Origin: Eledone cirrhosa
Lineage: Eukaryota
Reading direction: 5' to 3'
DNA: 64,000 bases
Assembly: GCA_964016885.1 (NCBI GenBank)
Contig: CAXHJY010000462.1
Span: 164,963-228,962, forward strand
How positions within the stretch are numbered: position 1 is the first letter of the stretch; every line of letters starts with the position of its first letter. Positions 40,190 through 57,624 of this stretch are shown here, one piece after another. Position numbers and translations under genes: made by a program. Below the pieces are notes generated by a model that was not told where the DNA came from, ran no database searches, and saw only the letters and a program-made list of their open reading frames with translations.

Positions 40190-40760
40190 TTCTGAGTTGG
40201 TCGTGAGGGCAGCATCCTCCTCAAACAACCTTTCCAGCGACTCTGTCAGTAGCAAACATCTCTATCTGATCCAGCTGGATCCCAAAGCGTGACCAGCCAA
40301 GCTCACGGATGTTATCTAACAATCTTGCTCGGGGTCTACCTCTGGGTCTCTTGCTGGTTGGTTTTGCCTGTAGAATCTGTCGAGCGATTCTTTCCTGATG
40401 CATTCTAACATGCTCATAGTATCGGATCTGTGATCTCTTAATCCAGAGAAGTAGCGGTTCTACCAGGAGTGAGGGTCTGATCCCTGAGCTCAGCCCTTTA
40501 TCGAGTAACGTTACTCCAAAGACCCTTCGGAGGAATCCCATTTCTGCCGTTTCTATCTGCAATTCATGAGCCTCGGTAAGGGTTGGCAGAAATACCAGGA
40601 AGATAGCGAGTTTGGCTTTTACACCTACGTCCCTTCTTCCGATTACTGAGTGCTAAAGCTGGCGCATTAATTCAGCCTCCTACCTTTCATCACTCGTGAA
40701 CATGGCCCTGGGATACTTGAACTTCTCCAGCTGCTTCAGTGGAACTCCATTCACATGTAT
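40190..40760 (-). mobile_element. RTE-clade LINE 3' fragment
   Basis: NGVPLKQLEKFKY...IETAEMGFLRRVFGVTLLDK...RM..ERIARQIL...KRPRGRPR.R.LD. Confidence 0.8.
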
Positions 40761-40945
40761 ATAATTTTAAGCGACTTCTGTCCATCAGTCCGTCACAAAA
40801 TGTGTGTGTGTTTGTGTGAATGTATGCGTGTGTTAAAGTAAGGAAGGGGACACACACATATATGTCTCAAACTTAAAACAGTGACACACACACACACACA
40901 TATATGTCTCAAACTTAAAACGGTGACACACACACACACACACAT

Positions 40946-41025
<80 letters not shown>

Positions 41026-41239
41026 CACGTCTCTAATTTAAGAATGCCGGCAAACTCACGCGCGCGCACATAAACACACTGTCCTATTACAACTGAAGAG
41101 CTTTGGCCCGGGTAAACAATCCATCAATTTTGAAACCGTCTGGAGTGTCCAGAATTGATGGGAAAAGACCTGACGTTCTTACCCTGTACCCCTAGTCAAG
41201 AGGCAGATGCCTTGTCTGGGACAGCACAGTTAATGACTC

Positions 41240-41531
41240 CAGTTTATAATGAGAACTAATAAGCTAGAAACTAGTTCATCGTTCCTTTGTCAGTGTTGAA
41301 CAAAATGGCAACGATGGTTGCCGACCACTGTACGGCTAATAATTCGGGTGTTTGTTTACAAAACAAACAAACCGAGCATTATAATAAATGTTCGGTAAAC
41401 CCATAGTACATATATATATGTATGTATATACATACAACTGTACTTCTGTATTCATATATGTATGTAGTTATTCATACTTATATTTAAGTATCAACCGTAC
41501 TAAGAGTTAGAAATGAAATTTCATTTTTTCC

Positions 41532-41534
<3 letters not shown>
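41240..41534 (+). mobile_element. Diverged family A copy with a decayed HHR core
   Basis: ATAATGA-gaactaataagcta-GAAA-ctagT-T-catcgtt. Collinear with 1-275 and with the array unit through tactaagagt.agaaatgaaatttc. Confidence 0.75.
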
Positions 41535-41599
<65 letters not shown>

Positions 41600-41848
41600 A
41601 ATGGAAAAAATGAAATTTCATTTCTAAAGGTATGTATATCTCCTCTGATAATTTGAAATATTTTTTTACATAGATCTTTAATATGATATACATACCAACG
41701 CACATATATATATATCCCAGAAACGATCGTAAAATGATGATTTTTTTCAATATAAGGAACCTGTTCTTTGTTTTTATTTCATTGTTTTTATTAATTTATC
41801 ATGACTCTATTTTCCTATGATTTTATCGTTAAATTTTGATAGATTTAT

Positions 41849-41946
<98 letters not shown>

Positions 41947-42169
41947 TCAATCATATTTCAATCACATCTCATTCTGTTTGACTCACTTAGCTTGCTCGCT
42001 TTTTTGGCTTAGGTGGTTAATGGCTTCTTAACCATCGTATCAGTTTTGTATGGCCTTTTTAAAGTTATGTTTATAGCTCTGGTATCTTCATATCCATTGA
42101 GCGCTTGCCAACACAATTCAGAATTTGCGTTTCGCTAATTTCTACTCGCCGAAATGCGATTCTCGCTAG

Positions 42170-42243
<74 letters not shown>

Positions 42244-43104
42244 ATGACCTTTCGTAAATAGATATGAAACAATCTACGTTATGAATTCCTCAGGATTTTC
42301 TCATTAATGTGTCGCCCGGAGTTTAAATAAGAGAGGCGGTTTTATTCGTACATCTTCATCGCATTTGCTGCAGGCATTTCACATTTAATTTTGTTGGCAT
42401 ACATATTTCACGCCTAAGCTTTATATATATTTAGACATTTCAGGGGTCTCACACGCAGTAGGCAACCTACTTTCTATGGCCAGCAGCAAGACAATTATCG
42501 CGACTAATAATTTCCTAAAGGTTGATAATTTGTCATAAATTTTACTTTCACATTCAATTTGTTTCCTGATTTGGATTAAAAGAAATTTAATTTGTTTTGA
42601 AGATATCTGCTATTTCTTTAACTGTGATAACATTTTGAATTAGGCGTTTTGTATTTTTTTTCATTTTTCCTGTTTCAATAGTATTGTATAATTTACTGCA
42701 ATTTACCAATGAAATACAATAAAATGGAAAAAACGGAATTGATCAAAAGTACAAATGACAAAAGATAATTTACCAAAAGTGAAAACGGAATGAAGGAAAA
42801 TTTTAAACGGAAAATATGTCTCCGTACATGTTTATTCATTTTGATGAAAGAATAAATAGCAGTCAATCAGCCCTATAGCTGATTAGCTTTATAACTGATG
42901 GAAATTAGGCCGATCGCTCATCTCACTCTTGCCACGCTGTGCCTCTTCCACAGGACGTAATGTCGAATTTGAGACACTTTTTCTAGTTTAAACCATTTAC
43001 TTAATGAATATATTTCGCTGGTGTTCTGATGAGATCAAGGCATGTTCGCGGCCTTCACCAGGTTGGCATATAGACCATTGATTAAAATTGTTTCAAATAT
43101 ACTA

Positions 43105-43330
43105 TGAGCATATGCTTGGCTTTTTGGTTAAAGTGTTGGATTCACAATCGAGAGGTTGTGAGTTCGATTCTCGGTCCGGGCGCTGCGTTCTGTCCTTGAA
43201 TAAGTCACTTTATTTCATGTTGCGTCAGGTCACACAGCTGTAGAAATTAGGTGCGACGTCACTAGTGCCAAGCTCTATCGGACTTTAAGGTTCCTTTGGA
43301 GGACATGGGTGGCCTTTGTCGTGACAAGCC
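43105..43330 (+). mobile_element. tRNA-derived SINE (second family)
   Basis: tggttaaagtgttggattcacaatcgagaggttgtgagttcgattctc tRNA-like head, then tgtccttgaataagtcactttatttca. Confidence 0.7.
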
Positions 43331-43783
43331 CAGCAAGCCAGTGATGGAAAATAAACCTGCTTACAAAAAACAAACAATGCTTCGTTCAGGAGGAACTACT
43401 GGACTGACAGGCCAAAGCCCTAAAGGGTGGTAGATGAATATGAAGACACTGAGGTTATAGGAGATATCACCCTAGACTGTTTGCCATCATGTGAACGACA
43501 ATGTAATGAGAGATTCAGGCTTGTAATTATTAGGATTGCGTCAGATCATTGATGTTTTTGTCCCAAATCTGGTACCTATTTTATCGCTTTATCTTGTCAA
43601 ACCGCTAGACTGTGAAATAGAGACACACACACACACACACACTACACACACACACACACGCACACACACAAGATATATTCGTCCAATGGTACAACAATGG
43701 TTTTTTTTCTTTTTCGTATGGGCTTGCGGAATCCCAGATGTTTGTATATAAATATATATACACACTCATACACACACACAGAC

Positions 43784-43832
<49 letters not shown>

Positions 43833-44818
43833 TACACGACGAGATTCTGCAGTATTAATCCACCTAATTCCCCTCACATGTCGTCGGCCAACGCCTGTCT
43901 ATATTAGAACAGCCCGTGGAAAGAGTCTGAACTATTTTTTAACCACACAGATATTCCTGCATAAAACATTTAACAGAATTTCATTTTTTCAGTGATATTT
44001 CTATGTAGATGTCTCGGCATATCTTCAAAATGTCCGTTGTTGCATTTCTCTATCTCGAGATTTTGGTGTATCGTTCAGCTGATGTACAATTGTGTATAAA
44101 TGCATATATATATATATATTATAAAGTTGACGGCTGTGGCTGGACAAAAAATCAGCAAATTTGCACCATAGATGTAACTTTTTCCAAGAAAGTGAGGTTA
44201 TTTTTATCTTCTAAATTTCGTTAAAAGATTAAAGATATTTTATTGTTTATTTAAATATTCACTTCTTTAAAATGTTCAAATATAAACACTTCTGCTTATA
44301 CAACATTCCTCTCTCTTTTTTAGTCTGTCTTTTTAGATAGATACATAGCTATAACGTCGCACGCTTATAATATCTGTCTGTCTGACTGCCTGTCTGCATT
44401 GACGTCGCTTCTAACCAACTTTTAATTAATTCAGTGCAAAGATACCGTACACCCTCTCAATAATTAATTATATATATATAATTAGTAATAATAATAAATG
44501 TGAAGACTAAAATCCAAAGAGGGCTCGATAAGGATAAATATATTTCAAATATATAAGAACCCTAGAGCAAATATTGTTCTCATTGCTGACGTATTATCTT
44601 CGCTTTTTTCCCGTTCATTGCCAGGGAACGTCTTCACGAACCAAAGTATCGTCTTCCTGTTTTCCTTCGGTTGCAACGTTTTTCGAAATATTTAGTTCTG
44701 CGTTCACAGATTGATGTTTTTAGTTTCAGAAGATCCCGTTAAGGATGAAAGCAACGATTCTTTGCTTAAACTTTAATCTGTTATTTTAATGTATGTATAT
44801 ATATATATATATATAGAA

Positions 44819-45720
44819 ACAGAGATGAAATCGAACATGCAACTGGAGTCTTATTTTTTTTTTAAATATATATATTTATTTGGTTCCTTTACCGGTTTCG
44901 CAGTTCTTCTGCTTTTCAAAAGTAGAGTTGAGATGGATGGTCTGTGGTTTTTCTCACATCTGGTTGGTCTCTGAATGTTACTTGTTTTATATGGAAAAAG
45001 TGGCTCGAAATGCCAGGTTTTTCGAGAAGTAATTTGATTGGTTGGTCAATATTTATAACAAATTTCGCGCCAGTTCGCGTTACAATTTCTGACACCCCAG
45101 CGAACTAACCATATTCACTGAACCAGAACAATTCTCCCATCCCATTTCTCTTGACCATTATCTTTTACTTATCATAAAATTCTCTAAAAAGGCTACAGAA
45201 TGGATTTCCAAATAAGGGCGCGAAAATTTAATGAAAACTTGTTATCGTGACAGCCATCATTTCATTTATAACCAATCAAAAAAAAAAAAAAAAAAAAAAA
45301 AAAAAAGCCTTCGTGACCCCTTTTTTCAAGTAAAAACAAATTCAAACACTCATATATATAAAAAAACAACCTGTGACAACCCCCCCCCTCTTATTTGAAG
45401 AACTATTGTAACGTGAACTGGCGCGAAATTTATTATAATTATTGACCAACCAATCAAATTACTTCTCGAAAAACCTGGCATTTCGAGCCACTTTTTCCAT
45501 ATAAAACAAGTAACATTCAGAGACCAACCAGATGTGAGAAAAACCACAGACCCTCCATCTCAACTCTACTTTTGAAAAGCAGAAGAACTGCGAAACCGGT
45601 AAAGGAACCAAATAAATATATATATATTTTTTTAAAATAAGACTCCAGTTGCATTTTCGATTTCATCTCTTTTTCTTTATACTTTCACTCGTGTAGGACA
45701 CCTCGGTTATTTTTCAATTT
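44819..45720. mobile_element. Element with about 265-bp inverted arms (44819-45085, 45406-45670), each carrying an HHR-like motif (family D)
   Basis: Arms are near-perfect reverse complements. tactt-TTGAAAA-gcag-aagaa-ctgc-GAAA-ccgg-T-A-aagga at 45567-45606 (+) and 44885-44924 (-), followed by AATAAA. Confidence 0.75.
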
Positions 45721-45736
45721 GTAAAAAAAACCTCAC

Positions 45737-45791
<55 letters not shown>

Positions 45792-45968
45792 TATATTTGT
45801 GTACACATATTTTTGCATACACAAAAACAAAATATAAACAAACGTATTTATTTCACGAAAGCACAGACGGCCTATCGTCATTGTTACTGCCGATATGCCA
45901 CCTAAAGGTCCCAGCCTGGCCGCAAGATCAGATTTTCTAGAAGAAAAAATGTTACTAGAGAAACAGAG

Positions 45969-46506
45969 AGACTAAGCTTCGCAATTACCATCAACAAAGC
46001 TCAGGGTCAAACCCTAAATGTGGCTGGCCTTCATCTGTGAAAACCATGCTTCTCCCATGGTCTATTGTATGTAGCATGCTCTAGGGTGAGCTCGCCAAAC
46101 AATCTCTACATCTTTGCTCCCGATGGCCGTAGAAAAAATATTGTATACTCTGAGGCTCTATCAATTTAATTTATGTATTTTCTGTTACTTGGAATTTCCA
46201 TCATGGTTGTACAAATTATTGTAAAATTTGTGGAAAAAATGTGTTCTCTGTTCAGCCTTTATTGTTGTAATTATCAATTTTCTTTAACGTACTGGCTGCT
46301 GAACTGGGGAATCCTGAAAAACTATTCAAACCCAACATCAGAGCACGTTACCTGACCCCCCCCCCACACACACACACACACATACACACACACACGCTGA
46401 CTTGAGAGGGCCTGCGGTATCTTTGCACTGAAGTGGAGGGAATAAATCCTGAAAAGATAAAATGTCGGTATACCTACCGGGAGGTAGCAGGACGCGGGCC
46501 GGTTAG
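45969..46506 (+). mobile_element. Helitron 3' fragment: PIF1-like helicase C-terminus (45969-46169, one stop) and probable 3' terminus
   Basis: RLSFAITINKAQGQTL..AGL.L*.PCFSHGLLYVACSRV....L......KNIVY.EAL (helicase motifs V and VI). GC-rich terminal segment ends ..TTAG|T. Confidence 0.85.
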
Positions 46507-46542
46507 TATATATTTATATATGTCCGTACATAGGCACTATCC

Positions 46543-46583
<41 letters not shown>

Positions 46584-46585
<2 letters not shown>

Positions 46586-47539
46586 AGGGGGGATAAAATT
46601 CCCGAGATCCATGGATGAGTTCTCTCCAGCGGTCTCTATCCCTCATTATCGCTGCCATGACCTGCGTCTCCAACAGACCAGTGTCTGCCCTTAGGGCATC
46701 AACATACGTTAACCTTGGTCTTCCTCTTTCAGTGTGTCCATGTAGGAGCTCCCACAGGAGCACTGAGTGCAGTGTCAACTCTGGATGTCGGTGAGCATGT
46801 CCAGCTCACCTCAGTCTCCGCTGTGTCACATTTGAGCTGACTTTTGGGAGGCTCCCATACAGCTCTGAGTTTTTCATCCTCAGTGTATATTGATTAATGT
46901 TCAGAGCCATCCTCAGCATTCTACTGATGGAATGACAGAGTTCTTTGAGATACTGGCTGGAGTGCTCCAGGGAGGTACATTGGCTCCCTACCTTTTTATC
47001 ATCGTAGTGGACAATTGTATGCGCCTTGCACTGGAGAAACACCAGGACTCTGGCTTTACTGTAACACCGGCTCAAAGTAGGAGAGTTAAGGCGAAAAAGG
47101 TATCGGATGCGGAATTTGCCGACGAAATAGTTCTGGTGACAAATACAGTGAAGGAGGCAGATGATTTGAGGTAGGAGGTTGAAACTCTTTCGATGAGTGG
47201 GGCTGAGAATGAATGAGACTAAGACAAAAGATCTGGTAGAGAATGTTGAGAAGCCAGAGGGGATTACTAATGTAGGCGGGAAGCCGCTAGAATTGGTTGA
47301 GGACTTCCTGTATTTGGGAGCAAAGAGTGGGAATACGGAAGATGTTGTGGTTGAGAGGAATAGCAAAGCGTGGGCGGCGTGCCACAGCTTGAGATCGGTG
47401 TGGAAGTCGCACCTTCGTAAAGACCTGAAAATCTGCCTCTTCATGGCTGTAGTGGAGTCTGTGCTGCTGTACGGGTCTGAGACTTCGACACTGACCAAGA
47501 AACTCACTCAGATGGTGGATGGGTGCTACACGAGAATGC
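46584..47539. mobile_element. RTE-like LINE split into an inverted pair: 3' end on minus (46584-46922) and RT domain on plus (46918-47539)
   Basis: Plus: GVLQGGTLAPYLFIIVVD..FADEI..GLRMNETKT..DFLYLG..ESVLLYGSET..GCYTRM. Minus continues RMLRMALN..RRLRLAGH..GRPRLTYVD..RDRWR. Confidence 0.9.
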
Positions 47540-47576
47540 ATATATATATATGCAGGATAGTGCCTATGTACGGACA

Positions 47577-47614
<38 letters not shown>

Positions 47615-47744
47615 AAAGCAAAAAGGGTATTTAATTTGTTGGTAATTCAACAAATATATATATTTATAACTGATTCGAGGCACTCGACAGATTTCTGGGG
47701 TATAATATGATTTTATAAATATAGTTTCCATTTATTAATATTAT

Positions 47745-47796
<52 letters not shown>

Positions 47797-47883
47797 ATGA
47801 GCAAAGTTCACAGTTAGACACGAACACTGAAAAAACATTCATGCATAAACATCCATATATAAATATATGGATGTGTATATATT

Positions 47884-47929
<46 letters not shown>

Positions 47930-48244
47930 TATATACACTCGTGTATGTGTGTTTATGCATGAATGTTTTTCAGTGTTCGTGTCTAACTGTGAACTTTGCT
48001 CTACTATAGACATGTAGCAGCAGACGCTGCAGCATCATCATCATCAACATCATCATCGGCAGCAACAGTAGCAGTGGTGGTAGTAGTAGTAGTAGTAGTT
48101 GTTGTTGTTGTTGTTGTAGCTGGTGTTGGTGTTGTAGCTGGTGTTGGTGTTTGTATGTTGTCATGATACGTGCGTTAGAAACAGCAAGAGCATTAGCTGC
48201 AGGTTTTATGTTGAAAGAAGTACTAGTAGTGGTAGCAGCATTAA

Positions 48245-48297
<53 letters not shown>

Positions 48298-48904
48298 ATT
48301 TGTATCATGGTGTTGTTGTTGTTGCTGCTGTTACTGCAACAGCACAACAACCACCAGCACCATCACCACCACAGTTAAATACATTTACGGGTGTATATTC
48401 TTCGATGTTTCTCATATTGATGTGGCTGCTTTTTGCTGCTGCTGAGACTTTTTGCTGTTATTGCTGTTGTTTCCCTTGTTACTCATAGTTGTTTTTATTA
48501 CTGTTGGTGTTGTTGTTGCTGTTGTTACTAATGTTGTTCTTCTTGTTTAGGTTGTAAGAACAACACCGCCACAGATTGTCTTCATGCAAATGAGTTTGTC
48601 GATGTTACTGGTGCTGCTGTTGTTGTTGTTGTTGTTGTTTTTTGTTGCTGCTGCTGTTGTGACTCTAAGTGACTCAATTTAAAGTTGAAGCCTGTTGATG
48701 CTGCGATGTGTGTTATTGTTGTTCTTGCTGTAGCTGCTAGTTTTGAAGGGTGAGTGATTATGATAGCGCTGTTGTTGTTTGTAATAAAGGGATAGTAGAT
48801 AGTTGTAATAAAGGAATAGTAGATAGCACAAATGTTTAGTGGTTGTCGTGGTAGTAGTAGTAATTGCCTCGGTATATGAGTTGTTGGGTAGTATATATAT
48901 ATAT

Positions 48905-48968
<64 letters not shown>

Positions 48969-48973
<5 letters not shown>

Positions 48974-49152
48974 AACAAGTAAGACCCCGACGGCTGAGCT
49001 CAAGCCGTTTCGACGGCTAATTCTGGACGCAGAAATGGCTTGAGCTCAGCCGTCGGGGTCTTACTTGTTCCTATTACCCACTCTACAACTCTAAGTATTG
49101 AGTACTTTGGTGCGTTATGGTCCACCTGGTTCCTTACCACATTTCCTTCGTT
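48969..49152. mobile_element. Family E fragment: 43-bp fold-back in which each arm includes an HHR 3' half, within (TA)n
   Basis: Arms 48969-49011 and 49032-49074. Each reads GAAA-yggct-tgagctc-agccg-T-C-ggggt. Confidence 0.65.
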
Positions 49153-49334
49153 ATATATATATATATATATATATTTGATATGTCTCATATGAAATAATAC
49201 AGCCAATTTTCCACACAATACAATTAGTTAGCACCCCGAACGTTTAATTAGGAATATACTCACTTATTTCCTAATGTTCGTTGAGGGAGTTGGGATTTGG
49301 TCGGAGTATCGCTGAAAAGCTTTCTCCGATAATG

Positions 49335-49411
<77 letters not shown>

Positions 49412-49447
49412 AAAGATCAAAAGATGGTTAAAAGAGTTCCAAGTATT

Positions 49448-49510
49448 TTACTATGCGCATTTCAAAAACAAATATCATCATGAGATGATATCTGCATTTA
49501 CATCAGATAA
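49448..49510 (-). ncRNA. Type I hammerhead-like motif with an A9U core variant
   Basis: Minus strand ttat-CTGATGT-aaatgcagatatcatc-tcat-gatgatatttgttttt-GAAA-tgcgca-T-A-gtaa. About 15-bp stem II and palindromic AUGCGCAU stem III. Confidence 0.6.
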
Positions 49511-49576
49511 ACTAGGGATACATGATATGAAGGTTAAAAAACACTTGTGAATAGTGAAGTTTTAAATCATACATAC

Positions 49577-49665
<89 letters not shown>

Positions 49666-49779
49666 TTTATCTCGGGTTGAATCGGGGGTGACCACAGTAA
49701 GTACTCAATACATAACAGTACTCAATAAATAGCAGAGTATAAATATTATATATATATATATATATTAAATATGTATATA

Positions 49780-49817
<38 letters not shown>

Positions 49818-50129
49818 GAGAGAGAGAGAGAGAAGAAGAAGAAGAAGAAGAAGAAGAAGAAGAAGAAGAAGAAGAAGAAGAAGAAGAAGAAGAAAGTACT
49901 GGACTATATATGAACAACAAATATATAATTCCAACAACCACCACAGACCCGTAGCTTTATATAGGGCTGTAGTTAGATGGTTCACAATATGCCGGTTGTC
50001 GGAATGGCTGGGTGTATACTGAATTGGAAGTATGGTACTAGTGGCGCTAAAGAGAGAAATACGGTTTAGAGACACAGTGAGGTAGAGAATGAGGGAGCGG
50101 GTAAGTCAGAGAGTGTGTAAGACAGATAC

Positions 50130-50178
<49 letters not shown>

Positions 50179-50299
50179 CTGGGAGAAGTTGATTGATAGC
50201 AGTGAGAGATTAGAGGTTAGAGAGGAGAATAATATACAAAATCTATGGACACATATACACACATACACATACACACACACATAAACATACACACACACA

Positions 50300-50376
<77 letters not shown>

Positions 50377-50489
50377 ATGTATATGAAAGGTATAAATCCG
50401 CTGTAGTCTTTCATGGTAATCCGGTTGCGTAATCCGTGGTGCGGCAATTCATCGGATCCAGGAATGCACAGAATCCAAGGATTGGTACC

Positions 50490-50531
<42 letters not shown>

Positions 50532-50553
50532 TGTGCGTGTGTGTGTGTTTGTA

Positions 50554-50586
<33 letters not shown>

Positions 50587-50842
50587 GTGTGTGTGTGTGT
50601 GTGTGTGTTTGTGTGTGATTATGATATAACTAATTTTACATGCTTAACAATTCGCCTTCCGACAATCCAGTTCCTACACAAAATAGCCTACAGAATGAAA
50701 TGATTTGAAGTGAGAAGGATGTATGTATATATAAACATATATACCGTTGAGTGCTTGGCATCAGTTATATAAAAGTTGGCTGAGATCTAAACCAACTAAC
50801 TTCTCTTTAATTGAACAATATATATACATATATATGTACATA

Positions 50843-50932
<90 letters not shown>

Positions 50933-51214
50933 TATACATATATACATTATATATATATATATACATATATATGTGTGTGTGTGCGTGTGCATAAAACATA
51001 TATATATAAACATGTATATATATATATATATATATAAAATATATTTATGCGTGTTTGTGTTTGTGAGAGTAATTTTGTGTGTTATATCAAATATGAGGAG
51101 AGTTAAATAAATATATATATTATATTGATAGTTAGATAGATATATAGATATATAGATATGGGATAAGAAAGAGAAAGTGAGAGGGTAATAGAGCAAGAAA
51201 TTGTTGGAGCGAAA

Positions 51215-54530
<3,316 letters not shown>

Positions 54531-54898
54531 TTAATACAGATAGTAAGAAAGGTAAAAATTAAAAAAATATAGCAATTGATTCGATAGCGTAGTAAATGAT
54601 GAAGGAGGGATAAAAGGGTGAAAGGAGGCGGAGCTAGGCTTCCAAGAAGGGGAGGAAGAAGAAGACTCCGACAGACGCTAATGGGAAGTAAACGTTACAG
54701 TTGATGATGGATACAACAAGCGGAGGCCGCGGGAGCTGTACGTTAAGGGATAATATACAGGCCAAATTTACCACCATGTGAATAAAAAATAATACCCAAT
54801 ATAAAAAAAAGGGGAAATTAACAACAATAATACCAACCGCAACAACAACAACAGCTACTACTACTACTATTACTACTACTACTACTACTACTATTACA

Positions 54899-54966
<68 letters not shown>

Positions 54967-55082
54967 CATAAAGGAATATATATATATTTACACATATATA
55001 TTACATTTATATACATACATATATTATATATATTATACATATATATTACATACTTATATACATACACGCATATACATATATT

Positions 55083-55122
<40 letters not shown>

Positions 55123-55361
55123 ATATATATATTTATGTGCATATCGAAAAAATAATAAAACGAAAAAAAAAAAAAAAAGAATATCACATATAGCGATACG
55201 TACACACATACACATACACACGCACACCTTCATACATACACTTGCGTATATATTACCTTACACTCATACATAACGAAACATACGCACGCACAAACAATCA
55301 AACGCATACCGCGACATATATATATATATATACATACACATATATATATATATATACATAT

Positions 55362-55438
<77 letters not shown>

Positions 55439-55442
55439 TATA

Positions 55443-55474
<32 letters not shown>

Positions 55475-55493
55475 CACATACATATATATACAT

Positions 55494-55539
<46 letters not shown>

Positions 55540-55545
55540 GTACAT

Positions 55546-55592
<47 letters not shown>

Positions 55593-56039
55593 TGCCTACA
55601 CACATGCACACACACACACAGACAACGCACGACACATATACAAACGCAATCAAGAATACCGCAAAAAATACATATATAAATTAAAAATTCCCCTCCTGCC
55701 CTTATGTTGCAAAATGAATAAATATCTATAAATATAATATTAATAATAATAATATCAACAATAATGATAATTATGATGATGATGATGATGTAAAAAAAAC
55801 AACGAATTTAACAACAACAACATAAGCAGCAGCAGCATTGAATCACGGACATACGTACATACAAATAGGCTTATAAGACAGGCGAGGTAAGAAATATTAC
55901 TTTTTTTACGTTTTCCCTCATCTTTTTCATTATTTAAATCGTTAGAGTACCAGTAATACACTGTGGTGAATTGCTGGCCTTGTGCCTAACGTAGAAACAA
56001 TTATTTAAATCGTTAGAAATATTAAATGAATGACATTTT

Positions 56040-56112
56040 AGCGCTATCGTCGTCGTTATCATCATCATCATCAGCAGCATCAGCAGCAGTATCGTTAGCA
56101 TTGTCGTCGTTT

Positions 56113-56168
<56 letters not shown>

Positions 56169-57000
56169 GTCGTTTTCATTGCTTGTCATCGTCACCGTTT
56201 TCGTCACCGTTTTCGTCACCCTCTGGTCGTCATTATAATCGCTTTCATCATCATCATCATCATCGTCATCGTCGTCATCATCATCATCATAATTATCATA
56301 CTCGTCGTCGTCATCATCATCATCATAATCATCATCATCATCAGCATCAGCAGCATCAGCATCATCATCATCATCGTTATCATCATACTCGTCGTCCTCG
56401 TTATTATCATCGTCATCGCCATCATCATCATCATCATCATCATCGTCATCATCATCATACTCGTCGTCGTCGTCGTCATCATCATCATCATCATTATTAT
56501 CGCCGCTCTCTTTGGCTTCATCATCATCATCATCATCATTATTATCGCCGCTCTCTTTGGCTTCATCATCATCACCACCATCATCATCATCGTTATCATC
56601 AGCATCTTCATGAAAGTCGTCATCATCAGCAGCATTGTTATCGACCTCATCATCATCATCATCATCATCATCACCATTGTTGTCTTCATCCTGCTCATCA
56701 TCATCGTAATCATCAATCTTGTTATCATGATCATCATCATCGTTGTCTTTATGATGACAAACACCATCATCATCATCATCTCCATCGTTGCCTTCATTAC
56801 CTTCATCATCTTCACAAACATCATAAACATTGTCACAATCCTTATTATCATTATTAAAATCTTTGATATAAACATCATCATCATCACCGACCCTATCATC
56901 ATTATACATGTTACCACCACCACTCTTACCATCATCATCATCACCATCACTATCATCGCGTCGACGCCGTCATTGTCGCCGTCACCACCGCTAACATCAT
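56040..57000. repeat. Compound (TCA)n/(TCG)n trinucleotide low-complexity tract
   Basis: Direct inspection. It generates Asp-, Met- and His-rich ORFs in several frames. Confidence 0.9.
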
Positions 57001-57396
57001 CCCCACCATCACCTTACCATCATCAGTCTATTACTATCATTATTATTTATTATTATTTAATAAAGAAATCATCGTTATTGTTATTGTCATTAATATTATC
57101 ATCATGACCATCATCATCGTTGTCAGCACGATTATCATTGTCATTGCTTTTGACATCACCGTTTGTAAAGAAAGGTGTTATCAAACTCACGTTTTCATCT
57201 CCCATCCCCAATCGAATACAACTAGCTCTGCTATGCTATCGATATAAAATCAATTTTAATATTTTGAAATCATTATTCTTCTATATAAACCCCCACACTT
57301 CATGTAATATGTAATATGTATCAGTAATATACCCCCTAATTTCGTTGTCCCGTGGTAAATGAATGAATGAATGAAATCATCGTCATCGTCTTCGAT

Positions 57397-57573
57397 GGCC
57401 CTCGGAAGTCTCCCCCTATTGGGGAATTTTTCATTGTTCTTTTATTACATCCTCTGTTTTGGGGTTTTTTTTTACACGCAGAAATGCCCATTTGTACCGT
57501 CCTGTATTGTCCTGCACTGTCCTTAATGTCTACTTTATGTAAACCCTTGTGGTTAATAAAGAAATCATTATTA

Positions 57574-57620
<47 letters not shown>
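57397..57620 (+). mobile_element. 3' UTR fragment of the L1/Tx1-like LINE with a (TTA)n tail
   Basis: Matches 31672-31840 and the reverse complement of 12810-12980. Confidence 0.85.

Positions 57621-57624
<4 letters not shown>

Noticed and set aside
43115-43180. tRNA gene
   Set aside because: The tRNA-like head lacks a complete cloverleaf and continues into SINE body sequence.
56022-56909. 295-aa Asp-rich ORF resembling acidic biomineralisation proteins
   Set aside because: It is a trinucleotide (GAT/GAC) tract open in several frames on both strands. There is no signal peptide or splice evidence, and similar tracts occur elsewhere (60260-60435).
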